Positions 9,316 through 18,836 of a stretch of DNA of 64,000 nt are shown in pieces. Location of the stretch: the NCBI GenBank assembly GCA_949292245.1, contig CASEYV010000001.1:52433-116432 (forward strand), given 5' to 3'. The notes under the pieces were generated by a model. That model was not told the DNA's origin, ran no database searches, and saw nothing but the letters and a program-made list of their open reading frames with translations. Position numbers and translations under genes: made by a program. This stretch comes from an uncultured bacterium (GTDB lineage Bacteria > Bacillota_I > Bacilli_A > RF39 > UBA660). Within the stretch, counting starts at the first letter, position 1. The number at the start of each line of letters is the position of its first letter.

Positions 9316-10491
9316 TTAGTTTTGTGGATTAATATTAAATTTATTTAATATATTATTAATAACTGCTTGTGTATCAGTATCAGAAATTGTTTCTGAATTT
9401 TGAGCAATTAACTGTGGAGCAGTCATTTGTTGTTGAGGAGTTGTATTAACCATTTGTTGAATCATATTTTGTAATTCAACAGCTTGTTGTGGATTAAAAT
9501 TCAAATTAGGTTGAACATTATTAACCACAGGTTGTGCCATTGTATTTACATCATTAGCAACATATTGAGTAGTGGTTGGAATTTCAGTTGCTACTGTCGT
9601 AGCATTCTTTCCGCCTTTAACATCTTTAATGTTACCTTGTTCATCAAAGAATACATTATCTGGTTTGAAAATTTTGCCCCAACGAGCTACATCATAAGGT
9701 TCTGAATTATATGATGCTTCGAACAATTCCAACATTACGTTTTCTTGTTCTTTTGTAGGTCTTGATGGAATAAAGTTTTTCAAAACAAATGGTTTATTTT
9801 CACTTAACCATGCTTTTTCAACTTCTGTCAATGGTGATTCATTACTTGACCATTTAGAAGTAGAATAATCTTTAACTTCTTGTGGTTTACCGTTAATATT
9901 AGCAATTTTTTTCGTTACTTTAAGAATAAAATCTCTACCATGTTCCATATCAGATGGTGTATGTTCGATTTCATCATCAGTAATAAATGAATAAATTACA
10001 TTAAACAAATCTTTATTAATTACAAATCTATAAAGTTTTGTTTCGTAACCTTCTGCTCTAATAAATCCTTGAAAAATATATCTTTCTGTTCTTCCAAATT
10101 TATTATATAATTTAGTTCCTTCTTCTGTTCCATCCCATAAAGGTTTAATTTTTTGATTGATTACATCATCAGAACTGTAATACAAATAATCTTCTGGAAG
10201 ATTAGATAAATTAACATCACCCTTTTTGATATTAAATGCTGGAACACTAACAAATGTTCTATTATCCATAATAGTTCCATTTGCCAATTTAATAGAATCA
10301 AATCTTAATGTTCTTGTAGAACGAGTTCTCCAAAAGAAATCATTTGGTTCGCCGTCATCAACGAATCTGATTCTAATTTGGTCTCCAATATTTAATTTTG
10401 AAAATGAAAATATAGATGATGAATCGTAATTTGAATTTGATTTTTGTGATGAGCTAATTTTAGCTCTTAATTCTGCAATAGATAATGCCAT
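9316..10491 (-). CDS. gp32-like single-stranded DNA-binding protein (candidate) with Q/N-rich C-terminal tail
   Basis: N-terminus ALSIAELRAKISSSQKSNSN...GDQIRIRFVDDGE resembles the T4 gp32 N-terminus (TAELAAQMAKLNGNKG...GQAVIRFLP). It sits next to uvsX. The C-terminal 80 aa are low-complexity Q/N-rich. Confidence 0.4.
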   Translation of the reverse strand: MALSIAELRAKISSSQKSNSNYDSSSIFSFSKLNIGDQIRIRFVDDGEPNDFFWRTRSTRTLRFDSIKLANGTIMDNRTFVSVPAFNIKKGDVNLSNLPEDYLYYSSDDVINQKIKPLWDGTEEGTKLYNKFGRTERYIFQGFIRAEGYETKLYRFVINKDLFNVIYSFITDDEIEHTPSDMEHGRDFILKVTKKIANINGKPQEVKDYSTSKWSSNESPLTEVEKAWLSENKPFVLKNFIPSRPTKEQENVMLELFEASYNSEPYDVARWGKIFKPDNVFFDEQGNIKDVKGGKNATTVATEIPTTTQYVANDVNTMAQPVVNNVQPNLNFNPQQAVELQNMIQQMVNTTPQQQMTAPQLIAQNSETISDTDTQAVINNILNKFNINPQN

Positions 10492-10585
10492 TGTGTTCTC
10501 CTTAAATTTGTTTTCAATTAGTTTGTTTTCAATTAGTTTGTTTTCAAAATGTAGTTGGCAACTACATTATATATTTATCAAATAA
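10492..10585 (-). promoter_or_regulatory. 5' leader of the SSB-like gene: a 15-nt tandem repeat (tttgttttcaattag, 2.9 copies at 10507-10549), a perfect palindrome (aatgtagttg g caactacatt, 10548-10568), and an SD AAGGAG
   Basis: Direct reading. The hairpin plus U-run would also terminate the upstream bS21 gene. Confidence 0.4.
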
Positions 10586-10816
10586 TTAGCCAAACATTTC
10601 GGCTTTACGCTGTCTCATACGTTCACGAGAAATAGCTTCTTTCATTTTTCTTCTTCTTTTTTCTGAATTAGATTCAAAAAATCTTTTTAATTTTAATTCT
10701 TTAAGTAATGGAGCTGTCTCATGTCTTAGACGATTTAATGCTTTGTTAATAGCATTTGTATCATTACCTTCAACATAAATGATAGTTCCAGATTTTTTTG
10801 GATTATATTTTTTCAT
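10586..10816 (-). CDS. rpsU: ribosomal protein bS21 homolog (phage-encoded)
   Basis: 76-aa basic protein. IIYVEGNDTNAINKALNRLRHETAPLLKELKLKRFFESNSEKRRRK matches the bS21 consensus (V.V.ENE..EKALRRFKR...K.G.L.E.RRR..YEKPS..RKRK). Confidence 0.75.
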   Translation of the reverse strand: MKKYNPKKSGTIIYVEGNDTNAINKALNRLRHETAPLLKELKLKRFFESNSEKRRRKMKEAISRERMRQRKAEMFG

Positions 10817-10829
10817 TTTCCCTCACTTA

Positions 10830-12047
10830 TTAAAGTTTATTTAATTTATTAAGAACTGATGGAACTTTATAATATAGTTTTTTCAATTCTTCCTTTATTT
10901 TAGGATTCTTTTTAATAAAATCCTTAAAATATTCTGTTTCAATAATAGATTCATTTTCGTCTATTGAATTTATTATTTGATTTAATAATACATCATTTGA
11001 TGTAGTTGTATCAATATTATTTTTATTAATTTTATTTTCAATTTCATCTAATTTTTCAATCAAAACATCATTATTCAATGATTTTTTTATTGTATCAACT
11101 TTTTCAAGTATAGGTGTAAAATCGATAGTTTTATCAGATAATTGTTTTATTATTTGATTATTTTTTTCAATATTTTCTTTTAATTCTTTAATTTGTGTAT
11201 CGTCATTTACTTCAATTATTTTTGATTGATAATTATTTAATATTTTTTTAATTTCATTAATATCTTCATTAGTATAATTATTTTTTGTTTGTATATTAAA
11301 AATAGGTTTATCTTCAATTTTTGAAATCCAATCAGATGTAATCATTAAATACATAGCCAATGTATCAAATACTGTCATAATCATTACAATAAAAATAATT
11401 ACTGCTGTTTCATCATCAACATTAAATAATTTGGCATAATATTTTAAGTGTGCTAATGTTGGAACTTTTTGTTCCATTTCTAATTGTAATTTTGTTATTT
11501 CTTGATTTAATTTTGTTATTTCTTCTCTTTTTTTACGATTATCATCAAATAATCTATTTGTAATTTTTTGCTGTTCTTTTTGAAGATTGACCGCTTTCGT
11601 TACATATCCCATTTCAGTATATTTTAAATATGCTTTATCATCAAATTGATTTAATTGTTCTTCATTCATTTTTATAGAATTGTTTAAAATATCAATTTCT
11701 GATTGTTTTTGTTTTATTACCATTTCAATAGGAATAACTTCTTGTGCTTTAGCAGAATGAGCATTAGCAAAAAATCCATATACACCCATGGCTGATAATG
11801 ACATTGCAATTAATAACATTAATATACCTGGAATTTTTTGATATAATTTTAATTTATCCCAAAAATGATGTAAATCATATAATAATATTACACGACCAAC
11901 TTCAATAACTGTTGCAATACACATTGTTATTAAAGAAGCAGAAGCAAAAACTTTGCCCATACCAATTACGGTACAATATCCTGAAACAATAGATATTATT
12001 AATGAAATTACCATTGTTATTAAAGCTGACCATTTAATTGTTTTCAT
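10830..12047 (-). CDS. membrane protein with 4-5 TM helices and a long coiled-coil
   Basis: The ORF-track start (12086) lies inside the terminator hairpin. The internal ATG at 12047, preceded by GGAG, is the more likely start. TM segments are followed by a heptad-rich region. Confidence 0.45.
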   Translation of the reverse strand: MKTIKWSALITMVISLIISIVSGYCTVIGMGKVFASASLITMCIATVIEVGRVILLYDLHHFWDKLKLYQKIPGILMLLIAMSLSAMGVYGFFANAHSAKAQEVIPIEMVIKQKQSEIDILNNSIKMNEEQLNQFDDKAYLKYTEMGYVTKAVNLQKEQQKITNRLFDDNRKKREEITKLNQEITKLQLEMEQKVPTLAHLKYYAKLFNVDDETAVIIFIVMIMTVFDTLAMYLMITSDWISKIEDKPIFNIQTKNNYTNEDINEIKKILNNYQSKIIEVNDDTQIKELKENIEKNNQIIKQLSDKTIDFTPILEKVDTIKKSLNNDVLIEKLDEIENKINKNNIDTTTSNDVLLNQIINSIDENESIIETEYFKDFIKKNPKIKEELKKLYYKVPSVLNKLNKL

Positions 12048-12065
12048 ATTAACATCTCCAATAAA

Positions 12066-12094
12066 AAACACTTGTGAGTATATCACAAGTGTTT
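12066..12094 (-). terminator. rho-independent terminator (acacttgtga/tcacaagtgt)
   Basis: 10-bp stem with loop gtatat and flanking A/T runs, downstream of fiber gene 12121-13446. Confidence 0.55.
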
Positions 12095-12120
12095 TTATTT
12101 ATACAAAATATTTTTTATAA

Positions 12121-13446
12121 TTAAGCAATAGTAATAATTCCTCTTGCAGATAATGCATCAATTAATGCTTCTAATGAAGTTTTAACTTGAGCAACTTCTT
12201 CTCCTGCTGGTTTAGAAACAGTAGCACTTGCTTTTGTGCCTGTCATAATTTTATCACCACTTGGAATAGCTGTTTTTAAAGCATATTTTCCATCAGCATC
12301 TGTTTTTGTATAAGCATCGGTAATTCCATAACCATTTAAAGTTGTTGATTTATTAGCTTTACCATCTAATGCAGAAGTTGTAGCATAGCCAGATAAACTT
12401 GCTTTTGTTGCATAAGTTGATGTAGCATTAGCTGTTGTTAAATAATCATCTAATGCACTTGTATCGGCTTTATCAGCCAATTCAGATTTTGTTGCATAAG
12501 TTGATGTAGCAGTTTCTGTTGTTACATAAGCACTTAAAGCACTTGGTTGAACAGCTGTATCTGCTTTTGTACCTTGTGCTTTTGTAGCATATTTGCCATC
12601 AGTTTCTGTTTTTGTATATGCATCAGTAATTCCATAACCAGCTAACGTGGTTTCTTTATCTGCTTTGCCATTAAGAGCTGTTTTATCTGCTTTTGCTTCT
12701 AATGCAGAAGTAGTAGCATAGCCAGATAAACTTGCTTTTGTAGCATAAGTTGATGAAGCAGTTTCTGTTGTTACATAAGCACTTAAAGCACTTGTATCTG
12801 CTTTATCAGCTAATTCAGATTTTGTTGCATATGTAGATGAAGCAGCTGTTTTACTTAAATAAGTTGATGTAGCATTAGCTGTTGTTAAATAATCATCTAA
12901 TGTAGCTGGTTGAACAGCCGTATCTGCTTTTGTACCTTGTGCTTTTGTTGCATATTTTCCATCGGCTTCTGTTTTTGTGTATGCATCAGTAATGCCATAA
13001 CCATTTAAAGTTGTTGATTTATTAGCTTTTCCAGATAATGCACTTGTATCAGCTTTATTTGCCAATGCTGAATTCATTGCTTCAGTTGTAGCATAAGCAC
13101 TTAAAGCACTTGGTTGAACAGCTGTATCAGCTTTTGCACCTTGTGCTTTTGTTGCATACTCACCTTTTGCTTGAATTCCTAAATCATCTAATGATTTATT
13201 ACCACTTAATTCAACAGAATTAATTCGTGGTTTTCCTGTTAATGCAGAATAATCAGTAGCTCCACCAGAAGAACCTTCTCCACCAACATATGATAATTCA
13301 CTAAATGAATGTTCACCATCAAAAAGTTTTATTTTATTTGTATCGGTTTCATAAGCAATAACACCTTCTGACATTTTAGGATTTTCAGAAGCCCAATTAC
13401 TACTTGTATCTTGAATAAAATATTTTACATTTAATTTTTTAGACAT
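12121..13446 (-). CDS. tail fiber protein with tandem ~60-aa repeats (GYGITDAYTKTEADGKYATKAQG)
   Basis: N-terminal fiber motif (W..ENP....GVIAYETDTNKIKLFDG) and the INSVELSGNKSLDDLGIQAKGEY module shared with other fiber genes. Three repeats follow. C-terminus LEALIDALSARGIITIA resembles that of the next paralog. Confidence 0.7.
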   Translation of the reverse strand: MSKKLNVKYFIQDTSSNWASENPKMSEGVIAYETDTNKIKLFDGEHSFSELSYVGGEGSSGGATDYSALTGKPRINSVELSGNKSLDDLGIQAKGEYATKAQGAKADTAVQPSALSAYATTEAMNSALANKADTSALSGKANKSTTLNGYGITDAYTKTEADGKYATKAQGTKADTAVQPATLDDYLTTANATSTYLSKTAASSTYATKSELADKADTSALSAYVTTETASSTYATKASLSGYATTSALEAKADKTALNGKADKETTLAGYGITDAYTKTETDGKYATKAQGTKADTAVQPSALSAYVTTETATSTYATKSELADKADTSALDDYLTTANATSTYATKASLSGYATTSALDGKANKSTTLNGYGITDAYTKTDADGKYALKTAIPSGDKIMTGTKASATVSKPAGEEVAQVKTSLEALIDALSARGIITIA

Positions 13447-13474
13447 TTTTTAATCCTTTGTATTTTAATAATAT

Positions 13475-15013
13475 TTATGCAATAACACCTCTTGTTCTTA
13501 ATTGTGCCAAAATAGCATTAAGAGCTTCTATTAATGCTGAAATTTCAGTAACACTACCGCTATCTATATCTTGAACAGTTGGAGCTGTTCCAGACATTAA
13601 TGAAGTTGCAGCTGGAATAGAAGTTTTATCAGCTTTTTTATCTAATTCAGTGGTCATATTTTCAGTTGTAGCATAAGTTGATGTAGCTTCTGTTTTACTT
13701 AAATATGTTGAAGAAACAGATGCTGTTGTAGCATAAGCACTTAAAGCACTTGTATCGGCTTTATTTGCTAATTTACCATTTATCTCTGTTTGTGTATATG
13801 CATCAGTAATTCCGTAACCAGCTAATGTTGTTGATTTATTAGCTTTTCCAGCTAATGATGATGTTAATTCTGATTTCAAAGCATATTGTGACAATGATTC
13901 AGTAGTTGCATAATTAGCCAAAGCACTTGTATCGGCTTTATCATCAAGTAAACCATTTAATACTTCTGTTGTTGTATAATTAGCCAAAGCACTTGTATCG
14001 GCTTTATTTGCTAATTCAGTTTTTAAAGCATATTTACCGTCTGATGTAACTTTTGTGTATGCATCTGTAATTCCATAACCAGCTAATGTTGTTTCTTTAT
14101 CTGCTTTTGCTTCTAATGCAGAAGTTGTCGCATAGTCAGATAAACTTGCTTTTGTTGCATAAGTAGATGTGGCAGTTTCTGTTGTTACATAAGCACTTAA
14201 AGCACTTGGTTGAACAGCTGTATCTGCTTTTGAACCTTGTGCTTTTGTTGCATATTTGCCATCAGCTTCTGATTTTGTATATGCATCAGTAATGCCATAA
14301 CCAGCTAATGTAGTTTCTTTATCTGCTTTTCCAGCTAATGCACTTGTATCAGCTTTATTACCTAATTCAACTTTTGTAGCATATGTTGAATTAGCTGTTT
14401 CGGTAGTAACATACGCTTCTAATGTAGCAGGTTGAACAGCTGTATCTGCTTTTGTACCTTGTGCTTTTGTTGCATATTTGCCATCTGCTTCTGTTTTTGT
14501 GTATGCATCTGTAATTCCATAACCATTTAAAGTTGTTGATTTATTTGCTTTTCCATTAAGAGCTGTTACATCGGCTTTTTCAGCTAATTCAGTTTTTGTA
14601 GCATATGTTTCATTTAATTCAGATTCTGTTATAAAACCTTTTTCGTTTAATTCAGTTTCTGTTACATATTCAGCTGGAACAGATGTTAAGAAATTACTAT
14701 CATTTTGTAATTGAGAAACTTTTGTAGGTATAGCACTTGTATCAGCTTTATTTGCTAATTCAGATTTCAAAGCATATTCACCTTTTGCTTGAATACCTAA
14801 ATCATCTAATGATTTATTACCACTTAATTCAACGGAATTTATTTGTGGTTTATTAGATAAAGCAGTATAATCGGTAGTTCCACCAGATGTTGTTGAACTT
14901 AAAGTTCCATCACCAGATATAGCTAATCCAGAACCAACTTTAATACCACCTAATTGACTTGAAGAAGCAATAGGTAATACATATTCAGATGGAATAACTG
15001 GTTTATCTTCTAA
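13475..15013 (-). CDS. tail fiber distal module (paralog of 12121-13446 and 16551-18836); start unresolved, possibly fused to 15018-15650 by a +1 shift or disrupted
   Basis: The ORF track begins at a TTG at 14770, but the frame stays open and homologous upstream to 15013 (YNDLEDKPVIPSEYVLPIASSSQLGGIKVG...). There it meets an in-frame TAG where the paralog 16551-18836 has its TTG start and a Gln codon. Confidence 0.5.
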   Translation of the reverse strand, partial: LEDKPVIPSEYVLPIASSSQLGGIKVGSGLAISGDGTLSSTTSGGTTDYTALSNKPQINSVELSGNKSLDDLGIQAKGEYALKSELANKADTSAIPTKVSQLQNDSNFLTSVPAEYVTETELNEKGFITESELNETYATKTELAEKADVTALNGKANKSTTLNGYGITDAYTKTEADGKYATKAQGTKADTAVQPATLEAYVTTETANSTYATKVELGNKADTSALAGKADKETTLAGYGITDAYTKSEADGKYATKAQGSKADTAVQPSALSAYVTTETATSTYATKASLSDYATTSALEAKADKETTLAGYGITDAYTKVTSDGKYALKTELANKADTSALANYTTTEVLNGLLDDKADTSALANYATTESLSQYALKSELTSSLAGKANKSTTLAGYGITDAYTQTEINGKLANKADTSALSAYATTASVSSTYLSKTEATSTYATTENMTTELDKKADKTSIPAATSLMSGTAPTVQDIDSGSVTEISALIEALNAILAQLRTRGVIA

Positions 15014-15017
15014 GTCA

Positions 15018-15650
15018 TTATACTAATGAATCTTTATCTGCTTTAGCATTTAACATATCATTAACATCACTTGTAGTTGCATAACCTTTAGCTTTTAATT
15101 CAGTTTCTGTTACATATTCAGCTGGAACAGATGATAAAAATCCAGAATCATTTTCTAAATCTGATACTTTTGTTGGTATTGATGTAGAAGATGGTAAAGC
15201 ATTAACATCTTCGGCAGTTAAAACAATATTAGCATTCAATGGTTTTAAATTAATAGTTCTTGCTGTTGGAACATATTGTTCTAACATTAATTGAATTTCT
15301 TCTTTTGTATTAAATTTATCAAGAGCTTCGTTTCTTTCCATATAATTTTTTGAAGCTAATTCTTCTTCATCAATATATTTTAATTCTTCAATTTCTTCTT
15401 TTGTATATACTGATTCTTTATCAGCTTTTTCTTCTAATGTTGTGTTAATAGAAGAAATTTCTTGTTTGATAGCTGTATCGTTATAAGATTCTCCTTTTAA
15501 ATAAGGTAAATCTTTCCATGCGGTCATTCCATCACCAACTTTTATTTTATTAGTTGTTGTTTCATAACCAATTTCAGCCATATCTAAAATTGGATTAACT
15601 TCTAACCAATTTTCAGATGAATCATTTCTAATTTGTAATTTTGTTGCCAT
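15018..15650 (-). CDS. tail fiber proximal / attachment module
   Basis: N-terminal motif MATKLQIRNDSSENWLEVNPILDMAEIGYETTTNKIKVGDG is shared with 18826-19842. The gene ends 1 nt out of frame with the following distal module. Confidence 0.6.
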   Translation of the reverse strand: MATKLQIRNDSSENWLEVNPILDMAEIGYETTTNKIKVGDGMTAWKDLPYLKGESYNDTAIKQEISSINTTLEEKADKESVYTKEEIEELKYIDEEELASKNYMERNEALDKFNTKEEIQLMLEQYVPTARTINLKPLNANIVLTAEDVNALPSSTSIPTKVSDLENDSGFLSSVPAEYVTETELKAKGYATTSDVNDMLNAKADKDSLV

Positions 15651-15735
15651 AATTTTATCCTTAAATATTATAATTTATAATAATATTTATTGAATAAAAA
15701 AATAGCACTTATCTTTTTAATAAGTGCTATTTTAA

Positions 15736-16551
15736 TTATCTTTCATTCATAGGAACTTCAGAATTTTCATAAACAAATCTTGCATAAGTAACAGTAGCAT
15801 TTTTAATTTCAAAAGTAACGGTTTGACCTTTTGAAACAGGTAAATATAATCTTAAATTATCACCTATTCTATTAGCATTCATATGTATTGGTAATGCTGT
15901 TATATACATACCGATAAAACCATCGGCAGCAGAACTTGCACCAGATATACCTATATAACCATTATATAATACTTCATATGTTCCGTTATTTGTAACACTT
16001 GATGATATATCAATATATTTTGAACTTGGTTTATTTAATCCAGGACCAGAAATTTGATACCATGGTGTCCAACTTGATTGTTCATCATCATATGTATTTA
16101 AATTTCTTGCATATATATATTGTCCAGAACCAAAGTTTGATTCAGGTCTGCCACTAAAATGTGCATATTGCCAAGTTGCTTCTTTTAAATAAGAATCCAT
16201 TAAAAATTGTTGATGAACATCGATAAACCATTCACCACGAACAGAAGTATTAACAGGACAATTTAATGTATCTCTTGAATTAGCATCTATTGATACTTTA
16301 TATAATCCAGTTTCATGTATGGAATTAAAATCTGTATCAGCAGATAATGTTATAATATTTAATTTTTTATCTAATTCAGCATTAACATATTCATTAGTAG
16401 CATATTCACCTTTTGCTTGAATACCTAATTCTTCAAGTGTTTTATTACCATTTAATTCTATTGAATTAATTTGAGGTTTATTTAATAATGCAGTATAATT
16501 GGTATTATCTACGTTTCCTGCTATTATTTTATTACCTTGTCTTATACTCAT
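15736..16551 (-). CDS. tail fiber-associated protein sharing the INSIELNGNKTLEELGIQAKGEY module
   Basis: The 125-bp DNA segment 16367-16490 is nearly identical to 17688-17810 inside the next gene. Confidence 0.5.
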   Translation of the reverse strand: MSIRQGNKIIAGNVDNTNYTALLNKPQINSIELNGNKTLEELGIQAKGEYATNEYVNAELDKKLNIITLSADTDFNSIHETGLYKVSIDANSRDTLNCPVNTSVRGEWFIDVHQQFLMDSYLKEATWQYAHFSGRPESNFGSGQYIYARNLNTYDDEQSSWTPWYQISGPGLNKPSSKYIDISSSVTNNGTYEVLYNGYIGISGASSAADGFIGMYITALPIHMNANRIGDNLRLYLPVSKGQTVTFEIKNATVTYARFVYENSEVPMNER

Positions 16552-18836
16552 TATTTTACTCCTTCGTCGTAAACAAAGATGAATGAATATTCATCTTCTA
16601 TTGTACCTTTATATGTTACCCTAAGAGCGTCTCCCTTTTTACAAGGAATGAATATATAATGACCAATTTGTCCATTGACATTAGCTTCTACACTTCTTAT
16701 TCTTAATTGACTAGTTAAATTAATGAAATCAAGTGAACTAAAATTTTCAGAAGCTGAAGTAGCTCTTAGAGTTACCGATGCAGTATACCACCCATTAGCT
16801 GGAGCTGTATAAACAGTACCACTAGCTTCTAGAGTTAATTCTTCATATCTGGTGCTAGGCTTTCCTTGAGTGCTTACCCACTCTGTATCGTTTCTATCAA
16901 CAGCTTGGAACACGTTCTTAGGACTGAATGAGGTTATGCGACTGTTTTCACAAGTAAACGAAGCACAAATCATTGATTCTTGGATAGACCAATTAGTTGT
17001 TTGATTTCCTACATACATAAAGTTTTTGGGAACTAAATAATAGACAGACCAACCAGTTAAAGAGGTATAACTTGGAAGGGCATTAACTTCTTTATATAAA
17101 CTTAAATCTACAATACCTAGTCCAATTTTGATTATTTGCAGTACGAACTCGCCAGTAGTAGTATCAGCAAGTGTATATACAAGAACATTGTTGATAACTT
17201 GTTTAATATTGTTCAAACTACCATCAGTATTTCTGCCGTTAGGTATTAATCCCTCTACACCCGGTAAAGCAAAGATAGTGCTACCTATATAGCCAAAGCC
17301 GTTAAATGTTTCAACAGTTTTATCAGAATAAATGATTGCGATTGGCAACGAGCATACTGTAATATCCCCAGAATCAGCTTTAAACTTAACTTCTTTGGTT
17401 GTAGTGTTGTACCATAGATAGCTTGAATTAGATGGCTCTGTATCTTGGCTGAAAGATAAAGATGGCGGAACAGCTTTAATTGTGTTATCTTCACCATACA
17501 CTAAAAGATATTCAGTAGCAACAGAAGCAATATCAAGAGTAACATCAGAAGAAACTGTAAAGAAACTACTATCAGCCTTGTAAGGTTTACTTCCTGATTT
17601 TAATGTTAATACCGTGTCTGATGTTTCTATCTTAATATCTTGTGGAATTTTAGTTAAGCAATTTGTAATTTGATTTGTATTTAATTTTTTATCTAATTCA
17701 GCATTAACATATTCATTAGTAGCATAATCACCACTTGCTTGAATACCTAATTCTTCAAGTGTTTTATTACCATTTAATTCTATTGAATTAATTTGAGGTT
17801 TATTTTCTAATTCTTCATAATTTGTTGTACCACTTGGAGACATATTATAATCATCGGTAATAATATATGTTATATCATCACTATATTCTGGTAGTGAATT
17901 ATATTCACTCAAAGTTCCTTTCCATAATTTAGCATTAACATAATTATCAGATAATACAACATTATCAGGAACGTTAATTGTTGCTGAAATAGTATCATCA
18001 ACAATAGATATACCTTCACCAGCTGTTAATACATTTTGTTTAGATAATAATTTATCAGATAAATTTTTAACTGTTATTACAGATGATTCACTTAATCCTT
18101 CATTTAATTCTTCAACAGAAGCTAATTTAACAATACCTTTTGTTGTATCATTACTTTCTGGTAATGTTGACCAAAAAGCAGATGTTCCATTTGTTGATAA
18201 AAATGTTCCTTGTTTATCAGCTTGTGCAGGTAATGAATCTTTTTCAGCTATTTTAACATCAACTTCTTCTTTTGTATAAGCATCAGTAATTCCATACCCA
18301 GCTAACGATGTTGATTTTAAAGCATATGGAGTTAAATCAATAGTTTCAGATAACTTATCCCATTTATCTCCGTCCCAAGCATAATTAGCACCTGTATCTT
18401 CAACATTATAAACATCACCGATTACATTATTTTCTAATGGTAAATGGTCTATTGTTGGAACACTACCTTTAAATTTATAAACAGATGATAATCTAGCTTC
18501 AACTTCTTCTTTTGTATAAGCATCAGTAATTCCATACCCAGCTAATGTATCAGCTTTATCAGCTTTTAAATTTAAAGCTGATTGTGTTGCTTTTGAAGTT
18601 GCTAAATCCAAATCTTCGGCAGTTTGACCTTCAATTAATGTTATACCGCCGATTGATGGTTTGTGTTCCAAATCATTATAATTTATTATTGCTGTTTTAA
18701 CTGATAGTGTACCATCTGTTTCTGATATATTTAATCCAGAACCAACTTTAATACCACCTAATTGACTTGAAGAAGCAATAGGTAATACATATTCAGATGG
18801 AATAACTGGTTTATCTTCTAAGTCATTATATTGCAA
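16551..18836 (-). CDS. tail fiber distal protein (761 aa), TTG start overlapping upstream stop
   Basis: N-terminus MQYNDLEDKPVIPSEYVLPIASSSQLGGIKVG, GYGITDAYTKEEV repeats and the INSIELNGNKTLEELGIQ module. Confidence 0.65.
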   Translation of the reverse strand: MQYNDLEDKPVIPSEYVLPIASSSQLGGIKVGSGLNISETDGTLSVKTAIINYNDLEHKPSIGGITLIEGQTAEDLDLATSKATQSALNLKADKADTLAGYGITDAYTKEEVEARLSSVYKFKGSVPTIDHLPLENNVIGDVYNVEDTGANYAWDGDKWDKLSETIDLTPYALKSTSLAGYGITDAYTKEEVDVKIAEKDSLPAQADKQGTFLSTNGTSAFWSTLPESNDTTKGIVKLASVEELNEGLSESSVITVKNLSDKLLSKQNVLTAGEGISIVDDTISATINVPDNVVLSDNYVNAKLWKGTLSEYNSLPEYSDDITYIITDDYNMSPSGTTNYEELENKPQINSIELNGNKTLEELGIQASGDYATNEYVNAELDKKLNTNQITNCLTKIPQDIKIETSDTVLTLKSGSKPYKADSSFFTVSSDVTLDIASVATEYLLVYGEDNTIKAVPPSLSFSQDTEPSNSSYLWYNTTTKEVKFKADSGDITVCSLPIAIIYSDKTVETFNGFGYIGSTIFALPGVEGLIPNGRNTDGSLNNIKQVINNVLVYTLADTTTGEFVLQIIKIGLGIVDLSLYKEVNALPSYTSLTGWSVYYLVPKNFMYVGNQTTNWSIQESMICASFTCENSRITSFSPKNVFQAVDRNDTEWVSTQGKPSTRYEELTLEASGTVYTAPANGWYTASVTLRATSASENFSSLDFINLTSQLRIRSVEANVNGQIGHYIFIPCKKGDALRVTYKGTIEDEYSFIFVYDEGVK

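Noticed and set aside
12048-12086. ORF-track start at 12086 for the membrane protein gene
   Set aside because: That ATG lies within the terminator hairpin 12066-12094 and has no SD. The downstream ATG at 12047 is preceded by GGAG.
14990-15030. Stop-codon reassignment (TAG read as Gln, genetic code 15) suggested by TAG aligning with CAA of the paralogous fiber gene
   Set aside because: Almost every other gene in the window is a full-length, tightly packed ORF under the standard code, and intergenic gaps are tiny. Genome-wide recoding would fragment many genes. A local frameshift or mutation is more parsimonious.
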